Shown here piece by piece: positions 58,298 to 64,000 of a stretch of 64,000 nucleotides of DNA (the stretch's first letter is position 1; each line of letters starts with the position of its first letter). The DNA comes from an uncultured delta proteobacterium (GTDB taxonomy: Bacteria > Myxococcota_A > Polyangia > Polyangiales > Polyangiaceae). The notes under the pieces are model-generated. The model was not told the origin of the DNA and did not search any database. It was given only the letters and a program-made list of their open reading frames with translations. A program made the position numbers and the translations under genes. The DNA is taken from NCBI GenBank assembly GCA_963696385.1, contig CAVOKF010000005.1:576001-640000 (forward strand), written 5' to 3'.

Positions 58298-59214
58298 TCG
58301 TTGCCGCTGCTGCAATTTCCGACCCGAGCCACCGAGGCCGCAGCCGAGAGGGCAGGATGCCGGTCGTACGAGCCCACCTTGTCTGCGCCGAGCCCACGCG
58401 GGACTCGGTGAGCGTTGCACGCCGAAGGACCGCCTTGCGGCCTTCTGCCCGGCTGCGCAGCAGTGAGTGGCCACGTGGCTCGCGCGGTGCTGACGCCGGT
58501 CAGGCAAGGATTACGGTCCGCTCTGCGAGTCGCTCGGCGTGGATCTCGTTGGCAAGCCGCGTCGGTTCTGCCGTTCATCCTCGAACAGCGCATGTGGGCG
58601 GCCGCGTCAAGAAAGCCGGTGCCGGCGACTGGCGGTCGCTCTGGAAAGCGACCCCGGGGAAGGTGGGCGCGCTGATCCGGGGTGTCGGCCCTTCCACGCC
58701 CTTCACCGGCGTGCCTCGCTAATGGCGAAAGCAAGGGCCCACGAGGACCGGACGCGCGTCGCAGCCGACCCACGCGAACGCCCGGTGCACAGCGAGATGG
58801 GCCGGACGCCCGAATCCGGCCACCGCCGTCGCCGGGAAAACGGGGTCTCCGATTCGTCACGATCCCCTCTGATCGGGCGAAGAAGCGCGCCAAAGGAGGA
58901 TCCTCGGGCGGCGAAAACGAAAATACTGTGCATGACCTCGGGCACGCCAGCATCTGCAAGGGCAGGGGCACGTGGGAAGAGGCCCATTTGTCGGAGGGCA
59001 CGATGGACGGCAGGGCAAGACTCGTGGAATGTTGCGATCCGGCCCGACGAGGCCTGGCGGAGCTCAGCGTCGCAGGTGGGCCCGACACGACGCGGATCGA
59101 TGCGTTAGGCGACGCGGCGCGAAGCCGCCCAACCGAGACGGCACCGCGAACCGTGCGGCTCGTGGCGGGCGGTTGTGCTACCAACGGCACCTACGGCTGC
59201 CGGTCCGTCATTCT

Positions 59215-59683
59215 CGCCCAATCCATGGCCATAGGAGTCGGTGGGACTTGGCATTCGTGCAGCACCGAATTTTTCGCGTGCCAGGCGGCGCCCCAGCCAA
59301 TCTTCGCCTTGACGCTCTCGCAACTGCATTTGTCTTTTTTGGTCTCGCGCGACGAAGAGTACGTAGCGCTTTCTGCGAGGGCGGGCAGCCGCACGTTCAA
59401 TCTGGGCGACGGGGTCTACAACTATTTGCTGCTTACGCTGGCTCGTCGGCGGCTCGCCGACGCCGCGGAGCGGCTGGCCGATAGCGCGTGCGGGTGGGTC
59501 TCGCAGGAAGAACTTGACCACGACCCGACGATGGCGCCGACACAAATTAATATCGGAGTATTCCGAATGCGGGCGCGACTGCGGGGCTTCGGCGTCGTCG
59601 ATGCCAACGCCATCGTCGAGCGCCGCCGAACGGCACGGCAACTTCGGATCGGCACGCCGCATCTGTCGGTGCTGCACGTCTAG
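59215..59683 (+). pseudogene. C-terminal part of a myxobacterial FHA-domain regulator; FHA domain not seen
   Basis: F.VSRDEEYV.L...YNYLLLTLARRRL.D.......CGW...INI.VFR.R......IVERR....QLRIG; no recognisable N-terminal FHA domain or clear start. Confidence 0.6.
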
Positions 59684-59840
59684 GTCTCGCCATGTCTGCA
59701 GTGGCCGATCGTCACGCAGATGTTGCACGCGCGACTGGAGGGCTAGACCGTCGCGGGTGCCCGGGTGGGGCAGGTGACCGTGCTCTCGCCTCGCGCCAGA
59801 CCACCCGCGGTGGGAGACATGTGGTAACGTCGCACACGCG

Positions 59841-60701
59841 ATGTCTGTTTCGGCGGGCCGGGATGAGCTCCTCGAACGCATGGCGGTGGCGGTAGAAGCC
59901 CGGTTTTCCGGATGGCGCATCGAACGCAACGAATTTATCCGACGTCTCGAGTCGATCCTCGACGCCGAGCAGGCCACGGGCGGCCCTGATCTAGACTTGG
60001 CAGCGAGAGTTGAAAAACTCAGCATCGACGACGTCTATCTGGCGTACGGCTGCCTGATAGGCATCCCCGGCGCCATCGCATCGTTCGCGCGAACCTATCT
60101 ACCGAGGATCGACGAATACCTCCGGTGCCTGCCGAGGGCCAGGCTGCACCGCGACGAGGTCCAGCGACGTCTCGAGGACCTCCTTCTTCTGCCCCAGAAC
60201 GGCGCGCCTCCACGGATTGGTCAGTACCGTGGCCGCGCGCCACTGGACCACTTCGTGGCCGCCGTCGCGCGCAACGCGGCGCTCACACTGCTCAGAAGCG
60301 AGCGGCGCGGGCAACATGTGGTTGACATCGACCGGCTTGCGCTGCCCGCGAACGGGACGGACGAGCCTGGGCGGTACGCAAGCGGCCTTTACGAAGCGGT
60401 CGTACGAGACGCAGTGCGGTCCTCGCTCGCAACACTCGATCGCCGCCAACGAACCACCGTGCGGTTGCACCTGTCCGGGGGGGTCACGTTCACGCAAATC
60501 GCGCGCATGCTCCGGGTGCACCAGTCGACAGTGAGCCGATCCTTCGACGCCGCAATGCTCAAACTCCACGCGGACGTACTGCGCCAGCTGCGGACTCACG
60601 GCCTGTGCGATGCCGAAATAGAATCCGTGATACGCGACGTCCGCAGTCATATCGATCTGAGCATTTCACGCGTGCTGCGTGACACCGACGTAGACGACTG
60701 A
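59841..60701 (+). CDS. Myxococcales-type sigma-70-like/ECF DNA-binding protein
   Basis: DVYLAYGC..G...AI..F, PRIGQYRGRAPL, region-4 HTH (LDRRQRT.VRLH...GVTFTQIARMLRVHQSTVSR), C-terminal SHIDLSISRVL. Confidence 0.8.
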   Translation: MSVSAGRDELLERMAVAVEARFSGWRIERNEFIRRLESILDAEQATGGPDLDLAARVEKLSIDDVYLAYGCLIGIPGAIASFARTYLPRIDEYLRCLPRARLHRDEVQRRLEDLLLLPQNGAPPRIGQYRGRAPLDHFVAAVARNAALTLLRSERRGQHVVDIDRLALPANGTDEPGRYASGLYEAVVRDAVRSSLATLDRRQRTTVRLHLSGGVTFTQIARMLRVHQSTVSRSFDAAMLKLHADVLRQLRTHGLCDAEIESVIRDVRSHIDLSISRVLRDTDVDD

Positions 60702-60810
60702 GTCCCCTTTGCGTCTCATTCGACGAGAAGGACACCGCCCGACGCATGCCCCGCGCGGCGCTGCGTCTCGGGGTAAGCCACGAAGGACACACCGTCGAAA
60801 GGATCGCGGC

Positions 60811-62907
60811 ATGCCGCTTCAATCATCGGTACGCAGGCGCCAAAAAGTCATCGTCGTCGGTGGTGGAGTTGCGGGGCTCACGGCGGCGCACGAGCTCATC
60901 GAGCGCGACTTCGAGGTGGTCCTCTATGAGCGGCGAATGGAATTCGGCGGAAAGGCCGCGAGCAAGCGTGTGGCCGTGACCGATCCGCACGGAGGGGTGA
61001 TTGATGGCCTTCCTGCGGAGCACGGCTTTCGATTCTTTCCCGGCTGGTACCGGCACCTCCCGGACACGATGGGCCGAATCCCGATCGGCGGACGTCGAGA
61101 TCGCGAAAAAGAGCGCAGCGTTCTCGACCACCTGGTCCCGACCGATCGCAACCTGCTCGTTCGGTACGGGCGCGAGCCGATGCCCGTCGTTCTCTACTCG
61201 CCGAAGAGCGTGGCGCAGGCGCGTGCACTCGTCGCGTTCGCTCGCCAATTAGTGACGATGGGGCTCCCCGCGCGCGATGTCTCCGCATTCTTGACGCGCC
61301 TGGCCGAATTCGTCCGCACCCCCGAGGAGGATCGGGAGCGGTTGTACGACCGGACATCGTGGTGGGACTTTATCGAAGCCGACCAACGATCGGAGGCCTT
61401 CCGCGCACTTATCGTAGCGACGACGCGCACGCTTCTTGCGGCGAAGGCCGAGGAGGCCAGCGCCTACACGATCGCGCTATTGGCGGTCCGGACGCTGTTC
61501 GACTCGCCGTTGAGGTCCGATTGCGTCCTCGATGGGCCGACTTCCGAGGTCTGGATCAAGCCATGGCTGCTTTACCTCCAGGGGCGAGGGGTGCAGCTCA
61601 AGTCTGGCTACGAGCTTGACTCGATCCATTTCGACGGCAAGAGCCCGCGGATCGGGTCTCTGTCCTTCGTGCGCAGCGAGAGCGCGGTCTGCCGCCGACA
61701 ACTCCGGGAGGCCGGCCGGAGCCATGAACGAACGAGCGCGGCGCGGTTGCGGTTGATGCGCGAATATTCCGATCGGAATGGAACGAATGCTTCCGTTCGG
61801 ACCTCCGAGGCATCCCTGGAGTCCATCCATTCCATTGCGGTCGAAGAACTCAAGTCGTTTGCCCCCGACGACGAGCGCCATACAGCCGACGCGGATTTTT
61901 ATGTGTTCGCGCTGCCAGCCGAGCAAATGGCGTATTACGTGAACCGCTCGGCGACGATGACGTCGTACGCGCCGTCGCTCCGCCGCATCGTCCAGCTCAG
62001 TACCACGCTCGACTGGATGGCCGGGGTCCAGTTCTATTTCAAGTTCCCTTTGGACATCGCGCCCGGGCATATCGTGTGCGGGGACTCCGAATGGGCGCTC
62101 ACGGCCATCGAGCAGACGCAGTTCTGGCGAGACGTTCCGCTGCCGCCGGGCGTTCAGGCGATTCTCTCCGTCGATATCAGCGCCTGGGGCCAAAAGGGAC
62201 GCTTTGTTCGAAAAGAGGCATTCAATTGCACGCGCCATGAGATCGCGACGGAGGTGTGGGAACAGATCAAAGCGTCGTTCAATCGAAGCAACGAGCCCGA
62301 AGTCCTTCGTGATGAGATGCTCATCAAGGGAACTGTCGCCGGCAGCTTCAGCCTCGACGACGACATCGTCGATCGGTACGATCGCAAAAAGCACGCGGCC
62401 TACGCCCGTGGGGTGGACCAGGCGATCCAGCACGCGGCCGCGGTCGCCGAAGGGGCCCAAGCGCTTCTCGAGAGCGCGGCGGAGCATCCGGAGGCGCCGT
62501 TCGTCTTCGGAGACCGACTCGAATTCAACGCCGAGCCCCTCCTCGTGAACCGGCCCGGCTTCTTGCAGTTGAGGCCCGCCGCGCGCACGCCCATCGAGAA
62601 CATGTTCTTGGCGGCGGACTACGTAAGGACGGCCACCAACCTCGCATGCATGGAGGGCGCGAACGAAGCCGCGCGCCATGCCACGAACGCGATCCTCGAT
62701 ACCTCGGGCTCTAGGTATCCGAGGTGCAAGACGTGGTCGCTGCAAGATGGCGAAGCACTCGCCGGCATGGCTTCCGTCTTGAGCTTGGTGAACCAGTGGC
62801 CCGGCGCCGGGGCTTCGCTGGAGACCGCGAGCGGGGCGCTGGACACGCTCGGCGGCCTCGCTGGACGGGCAACGGACCACCTCAAGCAATTTTGGAAAAG
62901 ACCATGA
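60811..62907 (+). CDS. FAD-dependent oxidoreductase (amine oxidase/phytoene desaturase-like)
   Basis: VIVVGGGVAGL.AAHEL.ER, EHGFRFFPGWYRHLPDTM.RIP, LDGPTSEVWI.PW, NMFLAADYVRT...LACMEGANEAAR. Confidence 0.92.
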   Translation: MPLQSSVRRRQKVIVVGGGVAGLTAAHELIERDFEVVLYERRMEFGGKAASKRVAVTDPHGGVIDGLPAEHGFRFFPGWYRHLPDTMGRIPIGGRRDREKERSVLDHLVPTDRNLLVRYGREPMPVVLYSPKSVAQARALVAFARQLVTMGLPARDVSAFLTRLAEFVRTPEEDRERLYDRTSWWDFIEADQRSEAFRALIVATTRTLLAAKAEEASAYTIALLAVRTLFDSPLRSDCVLDGPTSEVWIKPWLLYLQGRGVQLKSGYELDSIHFDGKSPRIGSLSFVRSESAVCRRQLREAGRSHERTSAARLRLMREYSDRNGTNASVRTSEASLESIHSIAVEELKSFAPDDERHTADADFYVFALPAEQMAYYVNRSATMTSYAPSLRRIVQLSTTLDWMAGVQFYFKFPLDIAPGHIVCGDSEWALTAIEQTQFWRDVPLPPGVQAILSVDISAWGQKGRFVRKEAFNCTRHEIATEVWEQIKASFNRSNEPEVLRDEMLIKGTVAGSFSLDDDIVDRYDRKKHAAYARGVDQAIQHAAAVAEGAQALLESAAEHPEAPFVFGDRLEFNAEPLLVNRPGFLQLRPAARTPIENMFLAADYVRTATNLACMEGANEAARHATNAILDTSGSRYPRCKTWSLQDGEALAGMASVLSLVNQWPGAGASLETASGALDTLGGLAGRATDHLKQFWKRP

Positions 62908-63578
62908 ACGAACCAGCCAAGGATCCAGCACACATGCCACCCATGTCAGGACCAGCGCTCACCGAGCACCTGCGGAGGATGCCGGTGAAGCTCGCATTTT
63001 GCTTGGCGATCACCTGCGATGGCGCGGACATCGTCTCGATGGCTCCCAGCCCAGTCCCTGGGGGTACGCGCCTGCGCGTGGCGTATCAAGGGGGCGAGGT
63101 CACCGTGGGCGAGGACAGCGCCGTGCCCAACCTTCGCGGCCAGGTGCTCAGCGGCAGCGATTGGATTCTGGTCGCCGACGACGGTGTTGCGACATTCGAT
63201 GCGCGGCTTACTTTGGGCAAGAGCCGCAACGAGGTGCTGCCCTCGAGCGATACTCCCGCCGAACACGCGTACAAACTGGGGGTGAACGGACCCCTCGACG
63301 ACTACCTCATCAACGCGCGGATCACCGGAGTGGCGGACTTCGGGACGAACGCGGCAAGCTTCGATGGCAAGCATCCCGTTGCGCTCCCCGTTGCATTCGA
63401 GGGGGCGGGGCCCTCCGTAACGTGGGCGAAGCCGCTCTTCCGGCAGCGATCCGAGAACTACGACCACTATGCGTTCCTACTTCGCCATCAGTGCATCGCC
63501 ATCGGCCATGTGCACGTGGCGGATCGCAAGGTCACCCGGGTCGAGTTGAAAGTCTTTGCCCTCGGCGTTTCACCCTGA
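62904..63578 (+). CDS. DUF3237-like beta-barrel protein
   Basis: P.G.R......GG.V, G.VL.GSDWILV.DDGVA.FDARLTL; ATGA overlap with the oxidoreductase. Confidence 0.65.
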   Translation: MNEPAKDPAHMPPMSGPALTEHLRRMPVKLAFCLAITCDGADIVSMAPSPVPGGTRLRVAYQGGEVTVGEDSAVPNLRGQVLSGSDWILVADDGVATFDARLTLGKSRNEVLPSSDTPAEHAYKLGVNGPLDDYLINARITGVADFGTNAASFDGKHPVALPVAFEGAGPSVTWAKPLFRQRSENYDHYAFLLRHQCIAIGHVHVADRKVTRVELKVFALGVSP

Positions 63579-63585
63579 GTGTCGC

Positions 63586-64000
63586 ATGGAACATCGAAGG
63601 TATTTCGTCGACCGGGCTCTTCTCTACCTCTTCTCGACCGACATCGAGTTTGGACTCAACTTCGAGCAACTCGGACTCGTCTCCATGGGCGCGCGCTTCA
63701 ATCTGTTCTGCGTGTCGAACAGCACGCGGGTATACAACGTTCTTCGAGAGCGGGAGGTCGGCGCGTTGGCCTACGCGGCGGTGTCGGGCAAGCTCATCTG
63801 GGGTGAGGATGCATCATTGCTGGGCTCCGATGACGTTGCGATCGCCAACGTACGCGCCACGATCCAAACGGACGATGGAGCCTTGATCGATGCGACGTAC
63901 AGGGGCGTCATGCCAACCGCACTGGGGGTATTTCGAGCGATTGCCGGGGGCGTGGACAAGATCGGCAAGCCGGAGACGCCCGCGGAGTTCCGCTTGGTCG
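63586..64000 (+). CDS. Second DUF3237-like protein, runs off the window end (not in the ORF track)
   Basis: Open frame MEHRRYFVD...SGKLIWGED..LLGSDDVAIANVRATIQTDDGALIDATYRG. Confidence 0.7.
   Translation, partial: MEHRRYFVDRALLYLFSTDIEFGLNFEQLGLVSMGARFNLFCVSNSTRVYNVLREREVGALAYAAVSGKLIWGEDASLLGSDDVAIANVRATIQTDDGALIDATYRGVMPTALGVFRAIAGGVDKIGKPETPAEFRLV

Noticed and set aside
58330..59200. Long intergenic stretch as an ncRNA or hidden gene
   Set aside because: No recognisable RNA motif, repeat or protein-like frame; probably eroded sequence.

Overview
This is a GC-rich bacterial window. The gene content and small proteins look like Myxococcota/Polyangiales (inference only). Positions 1-47 kb form a general-stress/desiccation-type island: five hybrid histidine kinases, a hemerythrin, YihY, DUF1003, trehalose/glycogen enzymes (TreS-maltokinase, GH15, amylo-alpha-1,6-glucosidase, TreY, GlgX), a TamA/TamB pair plus a second Omp85 barrel, many small stress-type membrane proteins and a transglutaminase-like gene. 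About 20 sigma54-like -24/-12 motifs sit upstream of these genes, and nine lie only 14-16 nt before the start codon, which suggests a near-leaderless sigma54-type stress regulon. Positions 45.6-59.7 kb are a decaying region with many gene fragments. They include a sulfur module (cysK-cysE, XRE-cupin regulator, arylsulfotransferase, and remnants of sulP, an LLM monooxygenase and ribBA) with a shared palindromic site, plus a Phd-VapC toxin-antitoxin pair. Two remnants (ribBA, and a transglutaminase paralogue at 17.9 kb) keep both gene ends but have lost the middle. The window ends with an FHA-protein remnant, a myxobacterial sigma-70-like protein and an operon of an FAD oxidoreductase with two DUF3237-like proteins. 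A 158-bp MITE and a partial second copy are present. No rRNA, tRNA or CRISPR array was seen. All family calls come from motif recognition by eye, not from database searches.
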